Origin: Massilia sp.
Lineage (GTDB): Bacteria; Pseudomonadota; Gammaproteobacteria; Burkholderiales; Burkholderiaceae_D
DNA length: 64,000 nucleotides
Assembly (NCBI RefSeq): GCF_032106685.1
Contig: NZ_DAMCPG010000011.1
Location: 52,478 to 116,477, forward strand
Direction: 5' to 3'
Shown: positions 52,994 through 63,179 of the stretch, in pieces
How the letters are laid out: the number at the start of each line of letters is the position of its first letter
Position numbering within the stretch: the stretch's first letter is position 1
Made by a program: the position numbers and the translations under genes
The notes under the pieces: generated by a model
The model's input: only the letters and a program-made list of their open reading frames with translations
Told to the model about the DNA's origin: nothing
The model's database searches: none

Positions 52994-54676
52994 TTAAGCG
53001 GTCTGCTTCTCGTCGCGCAGTTCGCGGCGCAGGATCTTGCCGACGTTGGTCTTGGGCAGCGTGTCGCGGAACTCGATGTGGCGCGGGCGCTTGTAGCCGG
53101 TCAGTTCGTCCTTGCAGAAGTGCAGCAGGTCCTCGGCGGTCAGCTTCGGGTCCTTTTTCACCACGTAGAGTTTCACCGCTTCGCCCGAGTGCTTGTCCGG
53201 CACGCCGACGCAGGCCACTTCCAGCACGCCCGGGTGCGAGGCGACCACGTTCTCGACTTCGTTCGGGTAGACGTTGAAGCCCGAGACGATGATCATGTCC
53301 TTCTTGCGGTCGACGATGCGGGTGTAGCCCTTCTCGTCCATGATGCCGATGTCGCCGGTCTTCAGGAAGCCGTCGGCGGTCATCACCTTGGCCGTTTCGT
53401 CGTCGCGCTTCCAGTAGCCCGCCATCACCTGCGGGCCGCGCACGGCGATCTCGCCGGACTGGCCGAACGGGACCGGCTTGTTCGCCTCGTCGAGGATCAG
53501 CACCTCGGTCGACGGCAGCGGCAGGCCGATGGTGCCGGTGAAATCGCTGATGTCGCAGCGGTTGGCGGTGACCACCGGCGAGGTCTCGGACAGGCCGTAG
53601 CCCTCGACGATCGGGCAGCCGGTCATCTTGAGCCATTTGTCGGCCACCGCCTGCTGCACGGCCATGCCGCCGCCCGGGCAGACCAGGTAGGTGGAATGGT
53701 CGAGATTGGCGAAGGCCGATTGATTGACCAGGCCGTTGTACAGGGTGTTCACGGCCGGGAAGACGTTGATCTTGTACTTGCCCAGTTCCTTGATGAAGCC
53801 GTCCATGTCGCGCGGGTTCGGGATCAGGACGTTCATCGCGCCCAGGCGCATGCCGAGCAGGGCGCAGACCGTCAGCGCGTAGATGTGGTACAGCGGCAGC
53901 GCGCACATGAACTCGAGCTGGCGGCCGGCCGGCGCATTCGACAGCGAAGGACCGAACCAGGCTTCGTTCTGCAGCACGTTGGCCAGCACGTTCTTGTGCA
54001 GCAGCACGGCGCCTTTCGACACGCCCGTGGTGCCGCCGGTGTACTGCAGGAAGGCGATGTCGTCGTGGCCCAGCGTGACCGGCTTGAAGGTCGAACGCGC
54101 GCCTTCGGCCAGCATCTTCTTGAAACCGGTATGGCCGGGCAGCGACCAGGCCGGCACCATCTTCTTGACCTTGCGCACGACGAAGTTGACGATCGCGCCC
54201 TTCACGCCACCCAGCAGGTCGCCCATGGTGCCGACCACGACGTGTTTCACCTGGGTGTTGGCGATCACCTGCTCGACGGTGTGGGCGAAGTTCTCCAGCA
54301 CCACCAGCACCTCGGCGCCCGCGTCGTTCAATTGGTGCTGCAGTTCGCGCGGCGTATAGAGGGGATTGACGTTGACGATGGTGTAGCCGCCACGCAGCGC
54401 TGCCGCCATCGCGACCGGGTATTGCAGGACGTTGGGCAGCATGATCGCCACGCGCGCGCCCGGCTGCAGGCCGCGGCTTTGCAGCCAGGCCGCCATCTGC
54501 TGCGACATGCGATCGAGGTCGCCGTAGGTGATGACCTTGTCCATGCAGGCGAAGGCCTTCTGGTCAGCGTACTTGCGGAAGGATTCTTCCAGCAAATGGG
54601 TCAGGGAGCGGTACTGCGTCGGGTCGATCTCCGCCGGCACGCCTGCCTGGTACGACTTGAGCCAAAACTTGTCCAT
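52994..54676 (-). CDS. fadD: long-chain fatty acid-CoA ligase
   Basis: 560 aa from the ATG at 54676 (MDKFWLKSYQAGVP). It has the AMP-binding motifs YTGGTTGVSKGA and GYGLSETSP. Confidence 0.85.
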   Translation of the reverse strand: MDKFWLKSYQAGVPAEIDPTQYRSLTHLLEESFRKYADQKAFACMDKVITYGDLDRMSQQMAAWLQSRGLQPGARVAIMLPNVLQYPVAMAAALRGGYTIVNVNPLYTPRELQHQLNDAGAEVLVVLENFAHTVEQVIANTQVKHVVVGTMGDLLGGVKGAIVNFVVRKVKKMVPAWSLPGHTGFKKMLAEGARSTFKPVTLGHDDIAFLQYTGGTTGVSKGAVLLHKNVLANVLQNEAWFGPSLSNAPAGRQLEFMCALPLYHIYALTVCALLGMRLGAMNVLIPNPRDMDGFIKELGKYKINVFPAVNTLYNGLVNQSAFANLDHSTYLVCPGGGMAVQQAVADKWLKMTGCPIVEGYGLSETSPVVTANRCDISDFTGTIGLPLPSTEVLILDEANKPVPFGQSGEIAVRGPQVMAGYWKRDDETAKVMTADGFLKTGDIGIMDEKGYTRIVDRKKDMIIVSGFNVYPNEVENVVASHPGVLEVACVGVPDKHSGEAVKLYVVKKDPKLTAEDLLHFCKDELTGYKRPRHIEFRDTLPKTNVGKILRRELRDEKQTA

Positions 54677-54783
54677 CTGATGCCTCGCCTTCTTCAACTT
54701 TGTGTGTTCAATTAAACGCAAAGCCGCCCGGATCACGGGCGGCTTCGCCGGCCGAACTCGCGCCGTCCTGCGATCGTTCTACG

Positions 54784-56481
54784 TCAGGCGGCCTGCTTCT
54801 GCTTCTCTTGCTGCTCGTCGCGCAAGGCCCGCCGCAGGATCTTGCCGACGTTGGTCTTCGGCAGTTCGTCGCGGAATTCGATGTACTTCGGTTTCTTGTA
54901 GCCGGTGAACTGGGTCTTGCAGTAGTCCATCAGCGCCTGTTCGGTGAGATTCGGGTCCTTGCGCACCACGAACACCTTCACCGCTTCGCCGGAATGCTCG
55001 TCCGGCACACCCACCACGGCGCACTCGAGCACGCCGGGGTGGCCGGCGATCACGCCTTCCAGTTCGTTCGGGTAGACGTTAAAGCCCGACACCAGGATCA
55101 TGTCCTTCTTGCGGTCGACGATCTTCACGTAGCCGCGCTCGTCCATGATGCCGACGTCGCCCGAGCGGAAGAAGCCGTCGGCGGTCATCACCTTGGCGGT
55201 CTCGTCCGGACGGTTCCAGTAGCCGGCCATCACCTGCGGGCCGCGGATGCCGATCTCGCCGGTCTGGCCGATCGGCAGCACGTTGCCGTCGTCGTCCAGG
55301 ATCGCGATGTCGGTCGAGGGCACCGGCAGGCCGATGGTGCCGGTGAAGCCCTGCTCGTCGGCGCGGTTGCAGGTGGCCACCGGCGACGTTTCCGACAGGC
55401 CGTAGCCCTCAATGATACTCTTGCCGGTTGCTTGTTTCCACTTGTCATTAACCGCCTGTTGCACCGCCATGCCGCCGCCATTCGCGGTCTTCAGGCTGGA
55501 GAAATCGAGGCTGGCGAAATCCGGGTGGTTGACCAGCGCGTTGTACAGCGTGTTCACGGCCGGCAGCATGGTGATCTTGTACTTGGCCACTTCCTTGATG
55601 AAGCCCGGGATGTCGCGCGGGTTCGGGATCAGGATATTCAGGCCGCCGACGCGCATGCCCCACATGGCGCAGGCGGTCAGCGCGAAGATGTGGTACAGCG
55701 GCAGGGCGCAAACGATGGTCGGGAACTCGACCACGGGCGGCTGCGTCAGCGCCGGCTGGGCCCAGGCCTCGGTCTGCAGCACGTTGGCGATGATGTTGCG
55801 GTGGGTCAGCGTGGCGCCCTTCGAGACGCCGGTGGTGCCGCCGGTGTACTGCAGGAAGGCGATGTCGGAGGACGTCAGCTCGGGCGCCGTGAACGGCATC
55901 TTCGCGCCTTGCGCCAGCGCGTCCTTGAAGCGCACCATGTTCGGCAGCGCGAAGTCCGGCACCATCTTCTTGACGTTGCGCACCACGAAGTTGACCAGCA
56001 TGCCCTTGGCGCCGCCGAGCAGTTCGCCCATGCTGGCGACCACGATGTGGCGCACCGGGGTGTTTTTCTGCACCTGCTCGAGGGTGTGTGCGAAGTTCTC
56101 GAGCACGATGATCGCTTCGCTGCCCGAGTCCTTCAGCTGGTGCTCGAGTTCGCGCGCGGTGTAGAGGGGATTGACGTTGACGACGGTGTAGCCGGCGCGC
56201 AGGACCGCGGCGATCGCGATCGGGTACTGCAGGACATTGGGCATCATCACCGCGACGCGCGCGCCCTTGGCCATGCCGCGGCTTTGCAGCCAGGCGGCCA
56301 GCTTCTTCGAGCAGGCGTCGAGTTCGGCGTAAGTCAGGAACTTGTCCATGCAGACGTATGCGTTGTTATTCGCGTACTTCTGGAAGGACTCTTCCAGCAT
56401 GTGGACGAGCGATCGGTATTGATCCGGGTTGATTTCAGCCGGCACGCCAGCCGGGTACGACTTCAGCCAAATTTTGTCCAT
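54784..56481 (-). CDS. fadD: long-chain fatty acid-CoA ligase, tandem paralog
   Basis: 565 aa, starting MDKIWLKSYPAGVP. It has the same motifs and is collinear with the downstream paralog. Confidence 0.85.
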   Translation of the reverse strand: MDKIWLKSYPAGVPAEINPDQYRSLVHMLEESFQKYANNNAYVCMDKFLTYAELDACSKKLAAWLQSRGMAKGARVAVMMPNVLQYPIAIAAVLRAGYTVVNVNPLYTARELEHQLKDSGSEAIIVLENFAHTLEQVQKNTPVRHIVVASMGELLGGAKGMLVNFVVRNVKKMVPDFALPNMVRFKDALAQGAKMPFTAPELTSSDIAFLQYTGGTTGVSKGATLTHRNIIANVLQTEAWAQPALTQPPVVEFPTIVCALPLYHIFALTACAMWGMRVGGLNILIPNPRDIPGFIKEVAKYKITMLPAVNTLYNALVNHPDFASLDFSSLKTANGGGMAVQQAVNDKWKQATGKSIIEGYGLSETSPVATCNRADEQGFTGTIGLPVPSTDIAILDDDGNVLPIGQTGEIGIRGPQVMAGYWNRPDETAKVMTADGFFRSGDVGIMDERGYVKIVDRKKDMILVSGFNVYPNELEGVIAGHPGVLECAVVGVPDEHSGEAVKVFVVRKDPNLTEQALMDYCKTQFTGYKKPKYIEFRDELPKTNVGKILRRALRDEQQEKQKQAA

Positions 56482-56656
56482 CAGATGCCCCTGTCTCCAA
56501 TAGTATCGTTGTCATTCGATTCACATTGCCAAATAATATTTGCAAACCGAACGTGCGTGCTTATGCCTTTGCTATTGCCGCATATGATGCTATCGGGCAG
56601 CGCGCTTGCATGCAAGCGCTTTTGCCTTAATTGGAACAGGGACTCTACGCGCTGCC

Positions 56657-57775
56657 TTACGGCAGGGCGCTGGTGCTGCGCTGCACCATGATCGGCGCGT
56701 TCGGTACGCTGGCATCGAACACCTTCAGCGCGGCCGTGCGGTCCGGCTTGTCGAGCTTGGACAGCTTCGTGACCTGGCGATAAAAACGGCGGAAATCCTT
56801 CTCCTGGCGCAGCAGGCTGCGGAAGGCCGGCACGTAGTCGTTGTAGGTCGCGATCGAGGCCAGGTGGGCGTTCGACAGCGGCTCGGCGAAGAAGCGGTCG
56901 TAGCCGGCGTAGCCGCCCCAGTTGGCCTTCAGCACCTGGTATTCGTCCTTCAGCGCCAGGAACAATCTCGCCTTGGCGATGCGCTTGTCCTCGTCGCCGA
57001 TGGGGGACGCATAGGTGCGCTCGAGCTCGCGGCGGTACTTCAGCAGCAGGTGCAGGAAATCCTTGCGGCGCGTGGAGTAACGCTCGTAGGCCTCGCGCAT
57101 GGACGGGTTGCCATGTTCCTGCAGCCACATTTCGACGCCCGCCTCTTCCACCGCGCTAGCGAAGGATTCGTTGAAGCGCGAATCGCCCGGCACATAGACC
57201 ACCTGGTGCGCCAGCTCGTGGAAGATCAGGCGCGCCAGCTCCGCGTCCGGGTAGTTGATGAAGGTCGAGATCAGGGGATCGCTGAACCAGCCCAGGGTCG
57301 AGTAGGCGCTCACGCCGCCGACCTCGACGTCGCGCCCTTGCGCCCGCAGTTCGCGCGCGTAGGACTGGGCGTCGTCCTTGTTGTAGTAGCCGCGGTAGTT
57401 CACGCAGCCGGCCACCGGGAAGCACCATTGCAGGGGTTTCAGCGACAGCTCGGGGGTGGCGACCACGTTCCACAGCACGTATTTGCGCTTCAGGTCGGCG
57501 TAGTTCTTGTAGCTGCCGTTGTCCGGCAGGCCCAGCTTCTGGACCGCGAACAGGCGGATCTGGCGCGCCATTTCCAGGCGGTGGCGCAGGGTGGTGTTGG
57601 TGCTGGGATCGGCCAACCAGTCGTCGATCGGCCTTGCGTCGGAGAGGAGTTCAAGCTGGCCTTGCGCCGCCTGGGTGTAGTAATTCAGAGTAGAACAACT
57701 GGCAAGCATTCCGGCGGCCGCGCCTGCGATCAGCGCGTGCCGGAAAAATCGGGGAAGTCTAGAGCGTCGTGTCAT
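56657..57775 (-). CDS. putative zinc aminopeptidase lipoprotein (DUF2265-type)
   Basis: 372 aa. It has a lipobox (LIAGAAAGMLASCS) and an HExxH motif (IFHELAHQVVY). Confidence 0.65.
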   Translation of the reverse strand: MTRRSRLPRFFRHALIAGAAAGMLASCSTLNYYTQAAQGQLELLSDARPIDDWLADPSTNTTLRHRLEMARQIRLFAVQKLGLPDNGSYKNYADLKRKYVLWNVVATPELSLKPLQWCFPVAGCVNYRGYYNKDDAQSYARELRAQGRDVEVGGVSAYSTLGWFSDPLISTFINYPDAELARLIFHELAHQVVYVPGDSRFNESFASAVEEAGVEMWLQEHGNPSMREAYERYSTRRKDFLHLLLKYRRELERTYASPIGDEDKRIAKARLFLALKDEYQVLKANWGGYAGYDRFFAEPLSNAHLASIATYNDYVPAFRSLLRQEKDFRRFYRQVTKLSKLDKPDRTAALKVFDASVPNAPIMVQRSTSALP

Positions 57776-59864
57776 GTCCGGATCGGGGCGCGGCCTTTTC
57801 GACCTGCACCAGGGTGTCGTAGAAAGTGGGCGCCCTGCCCATGTCGGTCAGGCGCTGGCTGGTCACTTCGTTGGCGTTCTTGCCGTCGCTGGCCAGCTTC
57901 TTCCACCAGATCGACAAGCCCACCACGAGGCCCGGTCGCGCTTTCTCGGTCACGCGCGCCTTGGCAACAAAAGAGCCGCGGTCGTTGAAGATACGTGCCA
58001 TGTCACCGTGGGCGATGCCGCGCGGGGCGGCGTCGTTCGGGTGGATGTCGAGGTGCGGCTCGCCCTCGGTTGCACGCAAGCTCTGTACATTGACAAAGGT
58101 TGAGTTGAGGAAGTTCCGTGCCGGCGGAGAAATCATCGCCAGCGGGTATTTTTTTGCAAGCGTCGGGTTCGACGCCACGGATTCGTACGGTGCGATATAA
58201 GTTGGCAGCGGGTCGAGGCCGTCCGCCGCCATCGTGCTCGAATAAAACTCGCATTTACCGGACGGGGTCGGGAAGCCGCCTGCGGCAAACGGCGCGTCCG
58301 GCATGTTCAGCTTTTGCCAGCCCTTCCGTTTCAGCGATTCCCAGTCGAAGTGGATCGCGCGCTCGTGGGTCTTGTCGAAGGCCTGGGCCGCCAGTTCCTC
58401 ATCCGACTCCTGGAAGCAGGGGTCGGTAAAACCCATGTGCGCGGCCAGCAGGCGGAAAATCTCCGTGTTCGGCTTGGCTTCGCCCAGCGGCGCGATCGCC
58501 GCGTTGTTCGCCATCATGTACAAGTGGCCATAGGCCAGGTGGGCGTCGACGTGCTCGAGCTGGGTCGTGGCCGGCAGCAGGATGTCGGCGTAGTCCGCAC
58601 TGTCGGTGCGGAAGTGTTCCAGCACCACCGTGAATAAATCTTCGCGCTCGAAGCCTTGTTGCACCTTGCGCGAGTCGGGCGCGATCGCCAGCGGATTCGC
58701 GTTGTACACGATCACGGCCTCCACTTTCGGGCCGAATTCGGGCGAGGCGTCCTTCAGCAAATCGTCGCCGATGGTGGTCATGTTGATGGTGCGCGGCTTG
58801 CGGCCGGCCAGCAGGTCCGGCCGCTGCAGGCCGGCGCGGTTGGCCGGGAAGGAGCCCGAGGTCGACAGCTGGATGCCGCCGGCCGGGTGGCGCCAGGCGC
58901 CGACCAGGGCCGGCAGGCAGCTCATGTTACGCACGGCCATGCCGCCGCCCCTGGCCCGCTGCACGCCGTAGTTGCAACGGATCGCGACCGGTTCGCCGCG
59001 CTTCGCGGTCTCGCCGTACAGGCGCGCCAGGTCGACGATTTCCTGGGCCGTGATGCCGCAGGTCTCGGCGGTGCGCTCGGGCGTCCATTCAAGCGCGCGT
59101 TGTTTCAGCTCTTCGAAACCCAGCGTGTGGTCGGCGATGTAGTCGTGGTCGAGCAGGTCTTCCTTGATGAGGACGTGCATCAGGCCCAGCGCCAGCGCGG
59201 CATCCGTGCCCGGCAACAGGGCGATGTGCTGGTGGCACTTCTCGGCCGTCAGCGAGCGGTAGGGATCGATCGCGATCAATTTTGCGCCGCGGCGCTTGGC
59301 TTCCTGGGCGCGCATCCAGAAGTGCAGGTTCGAGGCGATCGGGTTGCCGCCCCAGATGATGATGACTTTCGCGTCCTGGAACTGCTCCATGTCGGTGCCG
59401 ATCGAGCCGCCGACCGTGTACTTGTAGCCGGTGAAGCCGGCGGTGGCGCAGATGGTGCGGTCGAGCAGCGAAGCGCCCAGCTTGTTGAAGAAGCGCATCG
59501 CCATCGCCTCGCCCTGCACCAGGCCCATGGTGCCGCAGTAGCTGTAGGGCAGGATGGCTTGCGGGTCGCGGGCGGCGATCGGCGTCAAACGCGCCGCGAT
59601 TTCATCCAACGCTTCATCCCAAGTGATTTGCTCGAACTTGCCTTCCCCCTTCTTGCCGACGCGGCGCATCGGATGCAGCAGGCGGTCCGGCGAATAGGTG
59701 CGCTCGACGTAGCGCGACACCTTCGTGCACAGCACGCCCGCGGTGGTCGGATGCGCCGGGTCGCCGCGCACTTCGGTCGCCACGCCGTCCTCGACGGTGA
59801 CGAGCAGGGCGCAGGTATCGGGGCAGTCGTGGGGGCAGGCGGCGCGGACTTGGGTGATGCTCAT
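57759..59864 (-). CDS. molybdopterin (bis-MGD) oxidoreductase family protein
   Basis: 701 aa. It has an N-terminal 4Fe-4S motif (CPHDCPDTCALLV) and a typical Mo/W-bis-MGD catalytic subunit body. Its substrate is unknown. Confidence 0.8.
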   Translation of the reverse strand: MSITQVRAACPHDCPDTCALLVTVEDGVATEVRGDPAHPTTAGVLCTKVSRYVERTYSPDRLLHPMRRVGKKGEGKFEQITWDEALDEIAARLTPIAARDPQAILPYSYCGTMGLVQGEAMAMRFFNKLGASLLDRTICATAGFTGYKYTVGGSIGTDMEQFQDAKVIIIWGGNPIASNLHFWMRAQEAKRRGAKLIAIDPYRSLTAEKCHQHIALLPGTDAALALGLMHVLIKEDLLDHDYIADHTLGFEELKQRALEWTPERTAETCGITAQEIVDLARLYGETAKRGEPVAIRCNYGVQRARGGGMAVRNMSCLPALVGAWRHPAGGIQLSTSGSFPANRAGLQRPDLLAGRKPRTINMTTIGDDLLKDASPEFGPKVEAVIVYNANPLAIAPDSRKVQQGFEREDLFTVVLEHFRTDSADYADILLPATTQLEHVDAHLAYGHLYMMANNAAIAPLGEAKPNTEIFRLLAAHMGFTDPCFQESDEELAAQAFDKTHERAIHFDWESLKRKGWQKLNMPDAPFAAGGFPTPSGKCEFYSSTMAADGLDPLPTYIAPYESVASNPTLAKKYPLAMISPPARNFLNSTFVNVQSLRATEGEPHLDIHPNDAAPRGIAHGDMARIFNDRGSFVAKARVTEKARPGLVVGLSIWWKKLASDGKNANEVTSQRLTDMGRAPTFYDTLVQVEKAAPRSGHDTTL

Positions 59865-60034
59865 CTGAATCAGTTCCAGGAAAAAAACGTCGAGAAACCA
59901 ATACTTTATCCGATTCCGGCTGGCTTCGTGGCGGACCGGCCCGCCGGCTTCCGGCCGGGCTGGATTTCACATGGTGACAAGGGCTACAATAGCCCGGACA
60001 CTTGCATCGATTGCATGCTGCTAGGGAGAACAAG

Positions 60035-61228
60035 ATGAGACTCGTAGAACCTATCCTCGCTTTCCAAACCGAACTGGAACAGATCCGGCGCGACATCCAC
60101 GCCCATCCGGAGCTGTGCTACGAAGAGCAACGCACGTCCGACGTGGTCGCCGCGCGCCTGACGGAATGGGGCATCCCCGTCGTGCGCGGCCTCGGCGTGA
60201 CCGGCGTGGTCGGCATCATCAAGAACGGCAGCTCGGAGCGCGCGATCGGCCTGCGCGCCGACATGGACGCGCTGCCCATGCAGGAGCTCAACACATTTGA
60301 CCACGCGTCGCGCCACCCCGGCAAGATGCATGCATGCGGCCACGACGGCCATACGGCGATGCTGTTGGGCGCAGCCCACTATTTGTCGCGCCATCGCAAC
60401 TTCGACGGCACCGTGTACCTGATTTTCCAGCCCGCCGAGGAAGGCGGCGCCGGCGCGCGCAAGATGATCGAGGACGGCCTGTTCGAGCAGTTTCCGATGG
60501 ACGCCGTGTACGGCATGCACAACTGGCCGGGCCTGCCGGCGGGCAGCTTCGGCGTGATCCCGGGGCCGATGATGGCCTCCAGTAACGAGTTCCGCGTCGT
60601 CGTGAAGGGGAAGGGAGCGCACGCGGCCCAGCCCCACCGCGGCATCGACCCGGTGATGGTGGCGGTGCAGATCGCACAAAGCTGGCAGACGATCATCTCG
60701 CGCGAAAAGAATCCGCTGGAAACGGCGGTGCTGTCGATCACGCAAATCCACGCCGGCAGCGCCACCAACGTGATTCCGGACGAGGCGGTCCTGATCGGCA
60801 CCGTGCGCACCTTCTCCACCGAGGTGCTCGATTTGATCGAACGGCGCATGGAAGAGATTGCGAATGGCGTCGCGGCCGGCTTCAACGCCAGTGTCGACTT
60901 CGGCTTCAAGCGCAATTATCCGCCGCTGGTCAACCACCCCGAGCAGACCGCGTTCGCGGTCGAGGCGATGCGCGCGGTGGTGGGCGACAAGAACGTCAAC
61001 ACCGCCGTCGAACCGACCATGGGCGCCGAGGACTTCGCCTTCATGCTGCAGGCCAAGCCGGGCTGCTACGTCTTCATCGGCAATGGCGACGGCGAGCACC
61101 GCGCCGGCGGCCATGGGCTCGGGCCTTGCCAGCTGCACAATGGCTCGTACGACTTCAACGACCAGCTGCTGCCGATCGGGGCCAGCTTCTGGGCGCGGCT
61201 GGTGGAGATGCGCTTGCCGGTGGCGTGA
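60035..61228 (+). CDS. M20-family amidohydrolase (hippurate hydrolase / N-acyl-amino-acid amidohydrolase type)
   Basis: 397 aa from the ATG at 60035, with a GGGAGAACAAG Shine-Dalgarno region. It reads IRRDIHAHPEL..EE..T...MHACGHDGHTAMLLG. Confidence 0.8.
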   Translation: MRLVEPILAFQTELEQIRRDIHAHPELCYEEQRTSDVVAARLTEWGIPVVRGLGVTGVVGIIKNGSSERAIGLRADMDALPMQELNTFDHASRHPGKMHACGHDGHTAMLLGAAHYLSRHRNFDGTVYLIFQPAEEGGAGARKMIEDGLFEQFPMDAVYGMHNWPGLPAGSFGVIPGPMMASSNEFRVVVKGKGAHAAQPHRGIDPVMVAVQIAQSWQTIISREKNPLETAVLSITQIHAGSATNVIPDEAVLIGTVRTFSTEVLDLIERRMEEIANGVAAGFNASVDFGFKRNYPPLVNHPEQTAFAVEAMRAVVGDKNVNTAVEPTMGAEDFAFMLQAKPGCYVFIGNGDGEHRAGGHGLGPCQLHNGSYDFNDQLLPIGASFWARLVEMRLPVA

Positions 61229-61277
61229 GGCGCCGCGCTGGTTTCTGTCGCTTCGCTGCATTTCAACCAGTGAAGCC

Positions 61278-61540
61278 TCGTGGGCTCGAGAGCCCACGCT
61301 ACGAAAACGCGGCATTACATGCGGCCGATCATTCATCGGCTGCGCCGCATTTCGACCGGTGGACCGCGTGGACACAGGTGTCCACCCTACAACTGCTTTT
61401 CGTAGGGTGGGCACCTGTGCCCACGCGGTCGTACCTGTGCGCACCCTGAAATTTCCCTTATCTGCGCCAGCTGCGTACTGGGGTTCGCTTCGGCGCGGTT
61501 CAACCGGTGAGACTGCGTGGGCTCGAGAGCCCACCCTACG
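61278..61540. repeat. REP cluster, 4 units (61278-61303, 61364-61390, 61401-61428, 61514-61540)
   Basis: The same GTGG-stem/CCTAC family. The flanks TTCAACCRGTGA...GTGGGCTCGAGAGCCCAC are repeated about 237 nt apart. Confidence 0.85.
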
Positions 61541-61552
61541 CAACCCCACTAC

Positions 61553-62452
61553 TCACGGCAGGCGATCCTCCCCCTCCCCCAGCCTGATACCCGGATTGAT
61601 CCGCTCCAGCGACAGCAGCGCCGCGGCGTGGTCCGCGCCGCCCAGCTCGGCCTCGATGGCCTCGTAGCTGCGGGTCGCCGCCGCGGTCAGGGGCAGCGCC
61701 AACCCGGCCTCGGCTGCGGCGGCGAGCACGTTGCGCAGGTCCTTCAATTGGCTCTTCACCTGGCCGCCGGGGACGAAATTACGGTCGAGCATGCGTTGTC
61801 CGTGCAGCTCGAGGATCCGGCTGCCCGCGAAGCCGCCGCGGATCGCCTCGCGCACCGCGGCCGGGTCGGCGCCGGCGGCCTGGGCCAGCAGCAGGGCTTC
61901 GGCCACGACGTTGATCGTCGCCCCGACGATCAGCTGGTTGCACAGCTTGGCCACCTGGCCGCTGCCGGCCGGGCCCACCAGGCGCGCGCTGCCCAGCACG
62001 GCGAACAGCGGCAGCGCCGTCTCGAAGTCGCGCAGGCTGCCGCCCGCCATGATCGCCAGCGTGCCGCCCTCGGCCCCCGGCACCCCGCCCGAGACCGGCG
62101 CGTCGAGAAAGCGCATGCCCTGCGCCTCCAGGCGCGCGTGGAAGTCCAGCGCCTCGTCGTGGCGGGTCGAGCTCATGTCGATCCAGAGCGCGCCAGGCGT
62201 CATCGCCGGCAACGCGGCGGCGATCGTTGCGCCGACCGCCGGCCCGGCTTCCAGCATCGAAACGACAATCGCGGCGCCTCGCACCGCCTCCTCCACCGAA
62301 TCACAGACGAGCGCTCCATGCTCGGCAATCGTGCGCGCCTTGGCCGTGGTACGGTTCCATGCACGCAGCGGGAAACCGGCGTCAGCCAGGCGGGTGGCCA
62401 TCGGGCGGCCCATCAGGCCGGTACCCAGGAATGCAATCGTTAAACGGCTCAT
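61553..62452 (-). CDS. NAD(P)-dependent oxidoreductase of the 3-hydroxyisobutyrate/2-hydroxy-3-oxopropionate reductase family
   Basis: It reads IAFLGTGLMGRPMA (Rossmann fold), with a GG..D.E...P and SGGV..A..G.L pattern. The start is 62452 or 62467. Confidence 0.75.
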   Translation of the reverse strand: MSRLTIAFLGTGLMGRPMATRLADAGFPLRAWNRTTAKARTIAEHGALVCDSVEEAVRGAAIVVSMLEAGPAVGATIAAALPAMTPGALWIDMSSTRHDEALDFHARLEAQGMRFLDAPVSGGVPGAEGGTLAIMAGGSLRDFETALPLFAVLGSARLVGPAGSGQVAKLCNQLIVGATINVVAEALLLAQAAGADPAAVREAIRGGFAGSRILELHGQRMLDRNFVPGGQVKSQLKDLRNVLAAAAEAGLALPLTAAATRSYEAIEAELGGADHAAALLSLERINPGIRLGEGEDRLP

Positions 62453-62547
62453 GCGGCTCCTTGACAATTTTCCGAGGGGCTGGCGACGCTGTTTTGTTCG
62501 TGCCAGTACAATATTCGTCGTTCGCCAGCAGGGACTGGCGCCTATTC

Positions 62548-63117
62548 ATGAAAGCAATTATGGTCTCTATCAAAAAAATCGGCAGCGCCCTCGCAGCAGT
62601 TGCCCTGATGAGCGCCGGCCAGGCATGTGCGGCCGACAACGGCTGGGTCGACTCCGTATCCTTCGAATACGGCACCGGCTCCAACGTGCGCATGGGCCGC
62701 CTGGCCCTGCAGTCGAACTGGGACAAGCAGTGGTTCGCCTCGAACGGCCGCCACCTGGGCGGCTACTGGGACCTGTCCGCCGCCTACTGGCGTGGCTCGG
62801 CCTACCGCAACGTGCATGGCGAGCACCAGAATATCGGCGTGATCGGCATCACCCCGGTGTTCCGCTACCAGCGCGACGACAAGCTCGGCTGGTACGTCGA
62901 GGGCGGCGTCGGCGCCAACCTGTTCTCGGAACTGTACAACAACTCCGACAACCAGCTGTCGACCGCCTTCCAGTTCGGCGACCACCTCGGCATTGGCTAC
63001 GTCACCCACGACAAGTGGGATCTCGGCCTGAAGATCCAGCATTACTCGAACGCCAGCATCAAGAAGCCCAACAGCGGCGTGAACTTCCTGGTGGCCCAGG
63101 TGCGCTACCAGTTCTAA
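62548..63117 (+). CDS. outer-membrane acyloxyacyl hydrolase / lipid A 3-O-deacylase (PagL-like)
   Basis: 189 aa from the ATG at 62548. It has a signal peptide (...ALMSAGQACA), a beta-barrel-like alternating pattern, the catalytic-type motif HYSNAS, and a terminal ...VRYQF. Confidence 0.7.
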   Translation: MKAIMVSIKKIGSALAAVALMSAGQACAADNGWVDSVSFEYGTGSNVRMGRLALQSNWDKQWFASNGRHLGGYWDLSAAYWRGSAYRNVHGEHQNIGVIGITPVFRYQRDDKLGWYVEGGVGANLFSELYNNSDNQLSTAFQFGDHLGIGYVTHDKWDLGLKIQHYSNASIKKPNSGVNFLVAQVRYQF

Positions 63118-63179
63118 GCACGTCCAGCCCCCGGTCCCGTTCAGGAACGTCCGCTTGAAATCGGCGTTTCCTGATTTAT

